The notes: a model not told the origin generated them from the sequence alone. Numbered from the stretch's first letter, positions 1-26,122 are shown. The stretch: DNA of 64,000 nucleotides from the human T2T-CHM13v2.0 reference genome, Homo sapiens (GCF_009914755.1 NC_060938.1), one strand, 5' to 3'. Numbers and translations: made by a program.

Positions 1-760
<760 letters not shown>

Positions 761-1295
761 AGAAGCCAAGCTAAGAAGACATGGGACTGGCAAACAAGGA
801 ATCCTACATAGGAAAATAGTGAAGGAATATCTGAAGGTGATGGTGAATGGAAGCTCTAGGATGACCACTGCATAGCAGACCTAGAAAGCAACTATTCCAG
901 GAGTAGGATGGAACAGGAGGGGAAAGCTCCAGAAGGGATGTCTCTTAAAAACCAAATAAAAGGTAAATTACCTGATAGGGTTGATCATGTTGAGAGAAGT
1001 TTTCTGCCTCTAGTAGAGATTTAGTGGATGACTTTGTGGTAGAGTGACGTGTCATGTGTGGCCTTGACCATTGTGCTCCAAGTCCAGCAGTTTTTAATTC
1101 CTAGAAATAGGAACAGGATGGAGCAAATGGAAAGAGATCAGACTTCTCATGTTCATCCTTTTCTTTTAAAAACTGTAAATAGCAAGAAGTCTTTACAGAA
1201 CTTTTGAATATCAAAAGAAGAAAAGAACAAATTAGCAAATTAAAATTTCTTCAAAGAACCCACCACTTGCTCTGGGGTCAGTTTCCTAAAGGTGA

Positions 1296-1930
<635 letters not shown>

Positions 1931-2029
1931 TTATTATAGTCTTTTCCCCATTTTTATTTGCTTATGTTTTTATAATGAGTTATTAAATTGAGATTTGAGT
2001 GATTTGTAGCATACATGTAAGAATTTGTT

Positions 2030-2234
2030 GCCTGGGCATGGGGCTCACGCTTATAATTCCAGCACTTTGGGAGGCTGGAGCAGGAAGATCACTTGAGTCC
2101 AGGTGTTTGAGACCAGCCTGGGCAACGTAGTGAAATCCCATCTCTACAAAAAATTTAAAAATTAGCTGGGTACAGTGGCATGTCTTAGCTACTTGGAAGG
2201 CTGAGGCAGGAGGGTCGCTTGAGCCCCAGAGGTT
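2030..2234 (+). mobile_element. AluJ, 3'-truncated
   Basis: Left arm and part of the right arm. Confidence 0.85.
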
Positions 2235-2906
2235 GTCATGATACTTGAATAAACAAAAATTAAAATTTTAAATAAAATAGGAACAATCAGGCAAAGAAAG
2301 GCAGAAGACAAGAGTATTGCAAGGAAAGAGAAGATAAAAGCAAAGAACTTAAAAAGTGGCAAAACACCTAATGCTCAGAGTACCGATCCCTAATCTGTGT
2401 TATGTCCTCCTGGAGAAAATTATGTTAAAACCATTTGAGGACTTTTTGCTTATCACACATCATTACTTTGATCCTGATCTCCATGATTCTGATACCTGTC
2501 AGAGGAAATCCTCTGAGTTAAATTAATTCTCTTACGGTCCTATGACCCATAGATAAAGCAGAAATTCCATATGGTTCCATGTTTATCTCAGGTTGACCTT
2601 GTTTCTGATTGAGCCAAGTTCCTTCATGGGATCTCCCAACTAGAGGTTTAAGAGTTTTTGTCTCTTTAATCTTTACATTTTATGATGTATTTTTAAGTGT
2701 TGAGTAGTGCTTAACTGACCAAAGACTAACTCCACTTAATTGAGCCAAACAAAATTTTTGCTGACAATTTGTTACTCCTTCATGTGACATATAAGAGGCC
2801 TGTGATTAAGGTGAATAATGTTAAGAATTTTATTTCTAATTTGCTGTTAGCTGGGTATCTTTGTGTAACAGTTTTTGGATCTAACATAGTTGTTTTGATT
2901 CCACAG

Positions 2907-3010
2907 TGTCTCATGCGGGAGCCTCCATGTCATCTGCTTCATCAGACACTGGAATGAGTCCCTCATCATCGTCTCCCCCACAAAATGTACTTGCTGTAGA
3001 ATGTAGGTGA
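2907..3010 (+). CDS. ARID4A: ARID4A (RBBP1) last coding exon
   Basis: Acceptor ttgattccacag at 2906. Reads (V)[36 protein letters not shown] (stop 3008-3010), which I recognise as the ARID4A C-terminus. Confidence 0.95.
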
Positions 3011-4900
3011 TAAACATTTTCTCTACCTTCCCAGCAGTTTGCTGCCATGGACATAAATCCCCAAACCCTGAATTACAACCACAGAAAGCACTCAACTGGT
3101 TTGACATTGCTAAGTATATCCTGTATACTTTTCCAGGCTGGATTGTATCTATTCCCCTCTCTCTTCTTTTTTCTTGTTGCAAAAAATAAGCTGATTAATA
3201 AGTGAAGGTTAAGCAGCCTGCCATATTTGTCATAATTTTTCCTCTTTACTTTTGTTTTTCGTTTGTTGTGATATAGAACAAAGGGCACTTAGCAAATTTG
3301 AATTTGTATAATAAAGCTTTCAGGTGTTACAGAAATCGTAGACAAGCAAGTGCACATGATAAACATCAAAATATTACCCAGCTGAATAGTTACTGCTGCA
3401 CTTTCACTAAGATGTATTTGAACACTTGGTGAGTAGGGGGTTTATGTTGTGTTTTTTTTCATTATCGTTTTTTTTATTTTTGTGGAAGCACTTGCTATTT
3501 AGAACTGCCAAAGTATATGTTCAGCAGTGTGCCCAGGATTGAAGGTGTAAATGGGACAAAATAAATTGTGAAAGGAAGTGTAGTTGACTGAAAACTACAG
3601 TTGTAATAAGTCTTCCACTTTTTATAGGATTTTTGAGCACACAATTATGCAAATATTTTAATGTTTATTAATGTTTACAGTGGAATTGTGAATAAGTTTT
3701 CAGTGGACTATCTTATCCCTTGACAAAAATATTTTGTCTTTTTTCTATGTAATTTCAGAGTTTTTATTTTGTTACAAAAAGACAAAAATGAAATATATAA
3801 CAACAATGAAGTTATTTAACAAGATTTCTAAAGCTGAAATTTTTGTGTAAAATAAGGTATTATCTTGCAACTTGTTAAATATATTTATTCAGACATTGGA
3901 TGTTGTATTTTTATGTATTTTTTAAAATATTAATAAAATTTAAAAAAAGAAAATTCTAGGTTAATTCACTCTTTGGATGACAATAGCTCTCAGCTGTCCT
4001 TTTTACAGGAGGTTGCATCCTGCAGCCTTGCCTGTGTTAAAGGGAGTCTGTCTCAGTCCATCAAACAGTATAGAACTATAAATGGGCATCTGGATCATTA
4101 AAGTATGTCCTTGTTTAGAAACTTTGGCAGTCCTAGTATTTAAACTGTTTTGAGGATCAAATTTTTGGTTGCCCTTAAGATACTTTGTCACAGTTTTTAT
4201 GTTTGCTATACTGCCGAATGAATTTATATCTCCCAAAGTTGAGATGCAACAACTAAGTAAAGCAACTATGTATGCTTTGTCTGTGAATTGTTCCACAGAC
4301 TGATAGATTTTGTAAATAATTCTTCCAAAATCATGTATTTAAAGCAGTTTTGCATATACATTATGTAAAAAGGTGATTTTATAAAAGCAGTTTTTAAATT
4401 CATGTTTGTACATTGAAAGGGGTTTTTTTTTTAAACCTCCTTTTCTGTGTTTAATATGCTGTAGAATAATAACCTAGATGCTCTAGACTGTATATCAGGA
4501 TCTGATTTACAAGAAAAAGTCAGAGCTAAACACTAGTGATGGCATAGCATTACTGAAATCATTGTTTCTTAATTTCATTTTACTACATTGTGAACTTGTG
4601 ATTCAGATTCCATTTTCTCAGAGAATTAAAAACAAAAAAAGTACTCTTGTAAAATGCACTTTTCTGTCTTTTCTTTGCAAAGCAGAAGTATCTCAATGTA
4701 AAATAAAAATGGAGCTCAGTGGGCAGTATTAATAAAGGCCATGTTTTAAACATAGGCTTTATACTTTTAGTTTTCATTTAAGTGATTGCTTTTTTCCTAA
4801 GTGCTTGTAACTTACAGTTGGAAAATCAGATTTCACAAAACCAAGCATTTTAGTATATTCAGCCTTTACAATAAAATATTTCTACTAATTATAAAAATGA
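3011..4900 (+). other. ARID4A: ARID4A 3'UTR (end approximate)
   Basis: Repeat-free AU-rich sequence after the stop. AATAAA at 3310, 3560, 3932, 4702, 4731 and 4870. Confidence 0.8.
4870..4875 (+). terminator. Candidate distal poly(A) signal of ARID4A
   Basis: AATAAA near the end of the unique UTR-like sequence. Confidence 0.6.
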
Positions 4901-5269
4901 AAAAAAAAGTGTCATTTAAATCCATTTGGACCTAGGAGGCAACCTTAGATTTATACATTAAATATTTTAATGATTTCCTTCTGTAGCAATTCAATAAATG
5001 TGAGATAAATAAGTTATCAGCTTGAGTACTGTCCCTTCTAATTGATACAAATTTGGTCATGAAGTATTGGGATGTTGCTACAAAGAGCAAAACTGTGTAT
5101 TCATTGAATAGATACACACTGTTAAAATCCTTTCATTTGGAGGCTGGAAAGGATTATGAAATTAAGTGAATATTGACTAAGTATGACATTTCAAATATTG
5201 AGCATATTTTGAGTTTAGGTAAACTTTGAATAGATACCTCTTAAATGTAACTAAGAAAGTAAAAATATA

Positions 5270-5578
<309 letters not shown>

Positions 5579-5681
5579 AATATAAAGACACTCTAATATA
5601 ATGCAAGTTGCCATCTGTAAAATCAAGTTATTTAAAAGATTATGGTGCTTTCTGTTTTAGTATTGCATTGTGTGCTTTTAT

Positions 5682-5977
5682 GTATTTCAATTTTTGAAAC
5701 AGGGTCTTGCTCTGTCACCTAGGCTGGAGTGTAGTGGTGTGAACACAGCTCACTTCAGCCTTGACCTCGTGGGCTCAAGCCATCCTCCCACCTCAGCCTC
5801 TTGAGTAGCTGGGACTACAGGCATGTGCCACCACACCTGGCTAATTTTTAAATTTTTTGTAGAGACAGGGTCTTGCTGTGTTGCCCAGGCTGGTCTTGAA
5901 CTCCTGGGCTCAAGCGATCCTTCTGCCTCGGCCTCCCAAAGTGCAAGGATTATAGGTGTGAGTCATTGTGCCCAGCT
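5682..5977 (-). mobile_element. AluJ
   Basis: TSD CATTGTGTGCTTTTAT. Confidence 0.9.
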
Positions 5978-6173
5978 GGACATTGTGTGCTTTTATTGTT
6001 TGTTATTTTGTGTTAAATTTCTAGTTTTCCTCTCTTTCACTAAGAAAGATGGTTGCACTTAGCATATTAAAAGACTACTACATACTATGCCTTCTATGAA
6101 ATTGCTTTAAGTTATGAAAATCTATGTGGATTGCCCAGTTAATTTGCTTACATACCTTTCTTATAAGCCCTGT

Positions 6174-6485
<312 letters not shown>

Positions 6486-6564
6486 TTAAGCCCTGTAATT
6501 TAACATAGCTATCAAGAGTGTGAAAGCATTCAAAGCTATATTCAACCATATATAAAACCAATTA

Positions 6565-6970
6565 ACAGAATTCATTCATTGATGATTTATTTAGTATCTT
6601 CTATGTGCCAGGCATAAGCTTAAGGCCCAGGAGCCACAACGGTGAACAAGACAGAATAAAGTCCTTCTCTTCATGGAATGTATAATCACGGTGTAATAAT
6701 ATGGTAGATGTAAACAGTTAACTCATGTAATTATTATTTTTTTATTACAGTCTCTGCTTATCCAAACTCATGTAATTCTTAAGTGCAGGTATAATAAGCA
6801 TATGAAGTTATGGTGTGCAATGAGATAATGATAGAGAGCCCACTAGTTTGAAGGCAGGGGTGGTATGGGAAGGCTTTGCAGAGAAAGCAACAAGAAAACT
6901 GAACTCCAGTGAAGATTATGAATTGGCTGGGGAAGTAGAAGGAGAGATATGGAGAGTATAGTGTTCCAGG
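6565..6970 (-). mobile_element. L2 fragment
   Basis: ATTCATTCA...TATGTGCCAGGC motif typical of L2 3' ends. Confidence 0.6.
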
Positions 6971-7331
6971 GACATGGGGGAGGGGAGATTGATAGAAATG
7001 GTCCAGGTAATGAGCCAGGGCAAGAGTAGACCTGATGCAGGATAGGAGTCAAGTAGGACTGAGAGTGGTAGGGGAACAGGAGCAAAAAGGACAGGTGGTC
7101 AAGGTTTGAGCAGTTCCCTACCACTCTCAACCCTGCTTGTCCAGAGGTGTCTCAAGAGCCACTTTTCCATGAAGCTTTTGCTGACTTCTCACTACAACCA
7201 GAATAGTGCCCTCTTTTATGCTCTGATAGCTTTTCAGTCTGTATTATTTTACTTGACAATTTACCTGATGTTTACTTGTGCATGTGTGTTTCTATCCTAC
7301 TAGATGATTGAGTTCTTAAAGCCAGACATTT

Positions 7332-7470
7332 GTTTGTTTGTTTTGTTTTTTAGTAGAGACAGGGTTTCACCACATTGGCCAGGCTGGTTTCAAACTCTTG
7401 ACCTCAAGTGATCCACCCGCCTTGGCCACCCAAGTGCTGGGATTACAGGTGTGAGCCACGGCGCCTGGCC
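7332..7470 (-). mobile_element. Alu left-arm monomer with TSD
   Basis: Left arm only; 15-bp TSD TAAAGCCAGACATTT. Confidence 0.85.
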
Positions 7471-7502
7471 TAAAGCCAGACATTTAAAAGAGGTCTTTAG
7501 GG

Positions 7503-7813
<311 letters not shown>

Positions 7814-8452
7814 AAGGTTCTTTTCACAAAGTAATTAAAAAAAAATCATTTGAAAAGTGTTAAAGCAGATTTGTTTAACAGTCTGATCTGAAAATATTCC
7901 TAAATTGATGAGCTATTTTTCCTTCTCTCCTTGTTTGTTCTTCCTTTTCCCATTACTTTCATGTGGTTACACACAGATTTTTATCACATTAAAGGAAGAG
8001 TACAATAAGTGATGACATCCATCATTAGTGAAGGTTGGTTGACTCTTAGAATGGAGTTTGCTCTAATGAGGAATTTGTAACAAATACATGCTTAATGTTT
8101 TCACAGAGTAGAAATTTTTTTAGTTCTTTAAATTTTATTACAAAATCAAATGTTTTCCATGTTGACAAGCACAAAAAAAACTTCTTTTATTCATATAGAT
8201 CCATTATGTATCTCTTTAAACAGAATAAGGGCAGTGCTTATAATTTTGGTATTTGTACTTCACATAATTATGAAGCTATCTTCACTTTGTAATCTGTGTC
8301 ATGCAGAATTCATGTTGAAAAGTTCTATTGTGAAAAGCTTAAGGAACTTCCACATAGATACAATAAATGATTACTCTGTACAAGTAATTGGATTTCTTCT
8401 CGAGGCTAAATTACATTAAACAAGACAATCTGATTCAAGAATCCCATCATTT

Positions 8453-9209
<757 letters not shown>

Positions 9210-9350
9210 TACTAGTTGCCCTTCTGCTATAACACAAAACATATATTTATTATCCTTAAAGAACTTTTTTGGTCCCAGTTGGAGGGTAACAAATTGCTCA
9301 GGTTTTCTCTTGGTTTCCAGGGATGAATGTGCATGGGCAGCCCATCAGTG

Positions 9351-11648
9351 ATTTTTTTTTTCCAATAAGTTTTTGGGGGACAGGTGGTTTTTGGTTATAT
9401 GAATAAGTTCTTTAGTGGTGATTTCTGAGATGTTGGTGTACCCATCACCTGAGCAGTGTACACCGTACCCATTGTGTAGTCTTTTTTCCTTCATCCCCCT
9501 CCCACCCGTTCCCCCAAGTCCCCAAAGTCCAATGTATCATATTATGCCTTTGCATCCTCATAGCTTAGTTCCCACTTACGAGTGAGAACATAGAATGTTT
9601 GGTTTTCCATTCTTGAGTTACTTCACTTAGAATAAGTCTCCAGGCCTGGTGTGGTGGTGCACGCCTGTAATCCCAGCACTTGGGGAGGGTGAGGCAGGTG
9701 GATCACCTAAGGTCAGGAGTTTGAGACCAGCCTGGCCAACATGGTGAAACCCTGTCTCTACTAAAATAAAAATTAGCTGGGTGTGGTGATGCACACCTGT
9801 AATCCTAGCTACCTGGGAGGCCCAGGGGAGAGAATCACTTGAACCCAGGAGGCGGAGGTTCCAGTGAGCCGAGATCACACCACCACACTCAAGCCTGGGC
9901 AATAGAGCAAGACTGTGTCTCCAAGAAGGAAAATAATAATGATAATAATAATAATAATAATAATAATAGTCTCCAATTCCATCTAGGTTGCTGCAAATGC
10001 CATTATTTCATTCATTTTTATGGCTGAGTAGTATTCCATGGTATATATATATATACCACAGTTTATCCACTAATTGACTGACAGACATTTGGGCTGGTTC
10101 CATATTTTTGCAATTGTGCATTGTGCAAGTATGCACATAAACATGCGTGTGCAAGTATCTTTCATATAATGACTTCTTTTCCTCTGAGTAGATACCCAGT
10201 ACTGGGATTGCTGGATCAAATGATAGTTCTACTTTTAGTTCTTTAAGGAATCTCCACACTGTTTTTCATAGTGGTTGTACTAGTTTACATTCCCATCAGC
10301 CGTTTAAGTATTCCCTGTTCACCGCATCCTTGCCAACATCTTTTTTTTTTTTATTTTTTGATTATGACCATTCTTGCAGGAGTGAGGTGGTATCACATTG
10401 TGGTTTTGATTTGCATTTCCCTGAAAATCAGTGATGTTGAGTTTTTTTTTCATGTTTGTGGGATACTTGTATATCTTCTTTTGAGAACTGTCTATTCATG
10501 TCCTTAGCCCACTTTTTAATGGACTTGTTTTTTTCTAGCTGATTTTGTCTGACTTCCTTGTAGATTCCGGATATTAGTCCTTTGTTGAATGCATAGATTG
10601 AGAAGGTTTTCTCCCACTCTGTGGATTGTCTGTTTACTCTGCTGATTGTTTCTTTTCCTGTGCCGAAGCTTTTGAGTTTAATTATTAGTAAGTACCATCT
10701 GTTTGTTTTTGTTGCATTTGCTTTTGAGCTCTTGGTCTTGAAGTCTTTGCGTAAGGCACTGTCTAGAAGGGTTTTTCCGATGTTATCTTCCAGAATTTTT
10801 ATGGTCTCAGGTCTTAGGTTTAAGTCTTTGATCCACCTTGAGTTGATTTTTGCATAAGGTGAACAATGAGGATCCAGTTTCATTCTTCTACATGCGGCTT
10901 GCGAATTATCCTAGCACCATTTGTTGAATGGGATGTCCTATCCCCACTTCATGTTTTTGTTTGCTTTGTCGAAGATTAGTTGGCTGTGTTTGGCCTGATT
11001 TCTAGGCTCTCTATTCTGTTCCATTGGTCTGTGTGCCTATTTTTAAACCAGTACCATGCTGTTTTGTTGATCATGGCCTTATAGTACATTTTGAAGTCAG
11101 GCAATGTGATGCCTCCAGATTTGTTCTTTTTGCTTAGTCTTGCTTTGACTATGCCAGCTCTTTTTTGGTTCCACATGAATTTTAGGATTGTTTCTTCTAG
11201 TTCTGTAAAGAATGATGGTATTTTTATGGGAATTGCATTGAATATGTAGATTGCTTTGGCAGGATGGTCAGTTTCACAGTATTGATTCTACCCATCTAAG
11301 AGCATGGGATGTGTTTCCATTTGTGTTGTCTATGATTTCTTTCAGCAGTGTTTTGTAGTTTTCCTTATAGAGGTCTTTCACCTCCTTGGTTAGGTTTATT
11401 CCTAAGTATTTTATTTTATTTTATTTGCAGCTATTGTAAAATGGGTTGAGTTCTTGATTTGATTCTCAGCTTGGTCGCTGTTTGTGTATAGCAGAGCTAC
11501 TGATGTGTGTACATTAATTTTATATCCTGAAATTTTGCTGAATTCATTTATTCTAGGAGCTTCTGGAGAGTTTTTAGGGTTTCTAGTATACGATCATTTT
11601 ATCAGCAAACAGCGACAGTCTGACTTCCTCTTTAACAATTTGGATTCC
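9351..11648 (-). mobile_element. 5'-truncated L1 (L1PB-like)
   Basis: ORF2 remnants (LDP...[18 protein letters not shown]; [13 protein letters not shown]), 3'UTR and T-tail; TSD CCCATCAGTG at 9341 and 11649. Confidence 0.9.
9643..9968 (+). mobile_element. AluS with (AAT)n tail inside the L1
   Basis: TSD ...AGTCTCCA. Confidence 0.9.
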
Positions 11649-11899
11649 CCCATCAGTGTTTTCTTTCAATTAACCATTTCCTTGATGTAGTCATTTTCTC
11701 CAGGATTGGCCCTATATGTACTATGATAGCTAACTTTTGACAAGATAGTTCTGAATACACTCAGATTTTTCTGGGAGTGTTCTTTTGATGGGGCACCTTT
11801 CCCACCAAGTGGTAACTGCTTTCAGGAGTTCTCCTCTTTCTTCCCTATCCAGACTTGCTCTCAAATAGAAACATAAATTAAATCTCATTAAACTTATCT

Positions 11900-12800
<901 letters not shown>

Positions 12801-13502
12801 TTAAAAATACCCAATGAACTGTTTCAAAATAAGATGAAAATAATTGGTAGAACTGAGTGCTCTGTTAGTGAATTAAGCTCCATTCATACTATTTCAACCA
12901 TATGAAAGAAGCACTGTTATTTTGACACATGAGAAAACAGGTTCCAAATGGTCAAGAGAGTGGTCAAGGAAGTGTCAAAATTAGGACTCAAACCCATTTC
13001 TTCTGATTTCCAAGTCCAGCTTTTGTTCCATTATGTCAGTACTGTCTTTAGCCTCTGCTCTCTGGAAGCACTGGTTGCATTCTTACCAAATACTCAGTTC
13101 TTGAGCCAGGAACCTTTATGAATCAGAACACTGGCAAGTCGCAATTTTGAGGGGCAGGAGAAAATGCCAACTTATCTTTTACTGTCTTGTCACTTTCCAT
13201 TTCTTATTTCTCCTTTCAAAATCTGTCACAAGGTAAAATTTGGTGACTCCAAAACTGTTGGCCAACAAGGATCAAATTTAGACAAGGTTTTTATTCCTCT
13301 GGCCCCCATAATATTCCAGATAACCCCTTTACTTACTGAACTACTTTTTGTCTGAACAAAATCCTTTATTTTAAATTGTAGAGCATCTGACATTTTTTAT
13401 AACTTCTGAAACTTTTAAGTAATACATTTTAGTTATAGAAAAGTTAGAATATCAAAATGAGTTAAAACTAAAAATTATTAAGTAACAAGAAATTACTGTT
13501 AA

Positions 13503-14182
<680 letters not shown>

Positions 14183-14489
14183 AACATCCTAACTTTTTAA
14201 AGCATGAATAGAGTTGTACACTGGTTTTAAAGTCAGCTTTTTTCCACTTGGCAATGGAGTATGGACACTTTTTCACATTAATGAGTAATTATTCCACATT
14301 AAGTGACTACTTCGTACTCCATGGTATTGTACATTCCTACTCTCCTATTTTTTGGAGGTCTAGGTTACCAACTTTTAGGTATTTCTTAGAACCATCCATT
14401 CTTCATCCATACTTTGCAAAAGTATGCAAACTTCTAATGGTATTTTCTGAAACTTTTTCAGTACTGATGGGATTATAAATTTAGAGTAC

Positions 14490-15800
14490 CTTTGTGGGGG
14501 ATATTTTGGCAATATTGACTGAGATTAAGAATGGACATATATCTTGATCCAGTAATTCCACCTCCAGGAATTTATCCTATAGGTATTCTCACCCATGTGT
14601 ATAATAATATATGCTCAAGGCTATTAGTGGCAGCACTGATTGTCATAAAAATTAGAATTAACCAAAATGGCATCTCTACAGGGATTGCTAAATAAATTGT
14701 GGCACACTGATAAAAATAGATTACTATGTATCTGAAAAAAGAATGAGAACGCATACCATATCTGTAGAAAGATAACTGATAACACTGGTTGCCTTTGGGA
14801 AGGGGAAACTGTAACTGGGGAACAGAGGTGGGAGAATTTTCATTGCAGTCATTTGTGTCCTTTATGTTTTGAACCAAAAGAAGGTATTACCCACTCAAAA
14901 ATAGATTTGACACTTCTTAAATGTCACTGAAATGAAAACAATAATTAAAAACAATTTTAGAATCTAAACCTTTCACTTCACATAAAAAAAATGACAGCAG
15001 TAAAGTGATTTGTCCATGTACAAATAGTTAAGTTATAAATGAATGTATTTATAAATCCCAATAAGAAGAATCCCAGATCCCAAAGGTTCTCTTTGCCCAT
15101 ACCAAGGGTTGAGGATGATGTGGAGGAACAGGAACTCTCATAGCCTGCTGGTGAGAGTGCAAAATTGTACAGCCACTTTGGAAAATGTTATGTTTTGTTT
15201 TTCTTTTGATTCAATTCAGGAAAGAGTTAATGCTTTGGAAAATTTTTGACAATTTCTTAAAAAGTTAAAGAAGTTACCCAGCTATTCCACTTCTAGGTAC
15301 TTACCCAAGAAATGAAAGCATATGTCTACATATAGCAGCTTTATAAATCATGGCAAAAATTTGAAACAACCCAAATTTCCATCAGCAAGTGAATGGATAA
15401 GTAAATTATTGCATAGCCATACAATGGAATACAACTCACCAACAAAAAGGAACAAATTGATAACATAAGCAACAAAATAGATGAATCTCAAAATACTTAT
15501 GCTGAGTGAAAGAAGTCAGACAAAAGTATACACTCTGGTTCCATGTATATAAAAATAGAAGATACAAACTAATGTATAGTAACAAAATAAATCAGTGGTT
15601 CCCTGGAAACTTGGAGTGGGGTATGTGGAGGGGGTGGAATGGAAGGGTAAGATTACAAAGGGGCCCGAGGAAAGCTTGGGGGTGGTGGATGTGGTTTCAT
15701 AGGTGAATACATTATAGGAAAATTAATAAAAGTATGTACTTCTATAAAGAAATACCTGAAGGTAGGGGGCAAAAAAGTATATACTTCTAAATGTGTGCAG
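14490..15800 (+). mobile_element. Old L1M 3'-end fragments
   Basis: Motifs such as ATTCCACTTCTAGGTACTTACCCAAGA and CCATACAATGGAATAC. Confidence 0.65.
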
Positions 15801-16739
15801 TTTGAACATTAGAGGAAAAAAACCTTCCAAAATACAAACAGCATAGGAGGCATGCAAACCCAAGGCCACTGTGTTTGGCTGCTACTGAGACTAGAACTCA
15901 AGTTTAATCAAGTTGGTGATTTTTTAGCCTGGTGAATACAATGAGAGATTTCTGCTTTTCTCCACCTAGGTATGTCATGGCCCTTTTGTGCTTCCTTCTT
16001 TGACTAGAAATCTTAAAATCTTCCCTTTAAATAGGTCAGGAAGTAGATAGGCCCGGTATATTACTTTTCAGTGTTACATATAAATGGAAATCCTATTTTT
16101 CACAATTTTCCTAAGTCAATTTATGTACCCCTTCTCCTTTAATATCTGAGCATTTCTCACATACCTTTTTGAAACACCGATGCTATTAAGTTGAAATTTT
16201 TACTGTAATGACTGAGGTAGTCATCACTCTTGGGTATGACCTTCATTTGTTGTTACTAGAGTTTAAACTCTTTCATATACCTTTAATATCCCAAGATTAC
16301 TGTGTTATAGTTTTATTACTCTTTCTCTGATCCACTGTGTCTCCAGCATCCCCATCTGTTTTCTTCTCAAGGTTCCCTCCCTCCCTCATTGCCAGTAGCA
16401 AGTTTCATCTCCTTTTAGCCTTCTTTTGGGGCACTTCCTCAAACCTTTCATTTCACTTGGCCTCTGAAGGTGCTACTGAGTTCTATCTTCTTAGTACTAA
16501 AGACATAAATAAGAGATAAGGAAATTGCTGATTTCAAAACAGATTGGTCTCATGTCTAAAGACTAACTGCTGTTGTCTAGAACAGTCCTAATAAAAGGAC
16601 TTTACATGGAGAAATCGGTGGTTCCTTTTTTTTCATTCACTGATTCATTCAATGAATACTGATAGAGTGCTTTCTATTTACCATATACTGCTCTGGCATA
16701 GTAGCATTTTAGCACAATGGACTCAATGTGACAACAATA

Positions 16740-24180
<7,441 letters not shown>

Positions 24181-24193
24181 AAAGAAAGAGAGT

Positions 24194-24464
24194 GGCCGGG
24201 CATGGTGGTTCATGCCTGTAATCCCAGCACTTTGGGAGGCTGAGGCGGGCAGATCACCCAAGGTCAGGAGTTCAAGACTAGCCTGGCCAACATGGTGAAA
24301 CCCCATCTCTATTAAAAATACAAAATTAGCTGGGCGTAGTGGTGCACGCCTGTAATCCCAGCTACTCAGGAGGCTGAGGCAGGAGAATTGGAAATCGTGC
24401 CATTGCACTCTAGCCTGGGCAACAAGTGAAACTCCATCTCAAAAAATAATAATAAATAAATAAA
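24194..24464 (+). mobile_element. AluS with right-arm deletion
   Basis: TSD AAAAGAAAGAGAG. Confidence 0.88.
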
Positions 24465-25181
24465 AGAAAGAGAGCTATCATCCAGCATAGAACCATGTTT
24501 TGAAGACAACTATTAGTGCTATCTCAATATGAAAATTATCAAAGCTTTATAGGAATTCTGATCACCAAATTAGCAAGAGTGGTGCCTATATCTGAGAAGA
24601 AAATATCTACCTGTCCCATAGAAACTTGCCTAATTTTTCAATTATGTTTCCTCATGGCCTCTCTCTCTGGCAATTTCAACTTTAGAAATCTGTTTATTCC
24701 TAATTGCTGTAATAATTCTCCTACTTTTATGTGTCACTGTTTACTTTGCTCCTGAATACCCAGCTAATCTCAACAGTTTCTCTCGCTCCATCCCTCTCCA
24801 TTTACCACAGGCATTAACTATGTGAAAGGGAAGGTGAAAGATGGGAAGAAAGCCACAAGATTGGTGGTCTTAGAAGACAAGTTGCCGTCAACCTAAAGAA
24901 AGATCAATTGAAGCTGGGCTAAACCCTTGCCAAGATTCTGAACCAGTCCCTGATCACCAGTAATACTTACAAGATGCTGATACTATCCTCTCCTCTGTGT
25001 TTACAATCAGGTTTTCACAATAACCAAGTTCCCTTCTAGAAGACAATTATCATGAGAAAAAACATACAGTACTCAAGAAAGCATGATATGTAACTTACCC
25101 CTGCTAACTCTTAAATTTTGAGGGCTGAGGCTACTACTCAGACCCATTGGTTTTTTAATCTATCTACTAATTTATAATTTA

Positions 25182-25183
<2 letters not shown>

Positions 25184-25221
<38 letters not shown>
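25184..25221. repeat. (TA)19 microsatellite abutting T31
   Basis: Direct reading. Confidence 0.95.
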
Positions 25222-25253
<32 letters not shown>

Positions 25254-26122
25254 AGACAGAGTCGCACTCTGTTGCCCAGGCTGGAGTGCAGTGGTGTGAT
25301 TGATCTCAGTTCACTGCAACCTCCCCGCCTCCTGGGTTGAAGCAATTCTCGTGACTCAGCCTCCCAAGTAGCTGGGATTACAGGCTTGTGCCACCATGCC
25401 CAGCTAATTTTTGTATTTTAAGTAGAGATGAGGTTTCACCATGTTGGCCAGGCTGGTCTCAAACTCCTGACCTCAGGTGATCCACCCACCTCGGTCTCCC
25501 AGTGCTGGAATTACAGGCGTGAGCCAACACGCCCAGCCACCTATGTATTTTTATAGAGACAGGGTCTCATTCTGTCACCCAGGCAGGAGTGCAGTGGCAG
25601 TGATCAGAGCTCACTGCAGCCTCCAACTCCTAGGCTCAAGTGATCCCTGCAGAGTAGCTAGGGCTACAGGTGCACACCACGACCAGTATTTTTTTGTTTT
25701 GTTTTATCGAGACGGAGTCTTGCTCTGTTGCCCATGCTGGAGTACAGTGACGCAATCTCAGCTCACTGCAACCTCCGCCTCCCGGATTCAAGCAGTTCTC
25801 CTGTCTCAGCCTCCCAAGTAACGGATTACAGGCACATGCCACCACACCCAGCTAATTTTTGTATTCTTAGTAGAGACAGTGTTTCACCATGTTGGCCAGG
25901 CTGGTCTCGAACTCTTGACCTTGTGATCTGCCTGCCTCGGCCTCCCAAAGTGCTGGGATTACAGGCATGAGCCATTGTGCCCGGCCCTTGTTTTGTTTTT
26001 TTAGAGATGGGTTCTTGCAATGTTGCCCAGGCTGGTTGGTCTCCAAGTCCTGAGCTCAAGTGATCCTCCCACCTCAGCCTCCCAAAGTGTTGGGATTTCA
26101 GTTGTGAGCCACTGCACCTAGC
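25222..26122 (-). mobile_element. Triple Alu nest: AluJ host with AluS in its tail (25222-25537) and AluS in its linker (25688-25986)
   Basis: Outer TSD AGACCCA(T/C)TGGT at 25140 and 26124. Confidence 0.8.

Noticed and set aside
10008-11176. ORFs resembling L1 ORF2 protein
   Set aside because: Frameshifted pieces of a dead 5'-truncated L1, not a gene.
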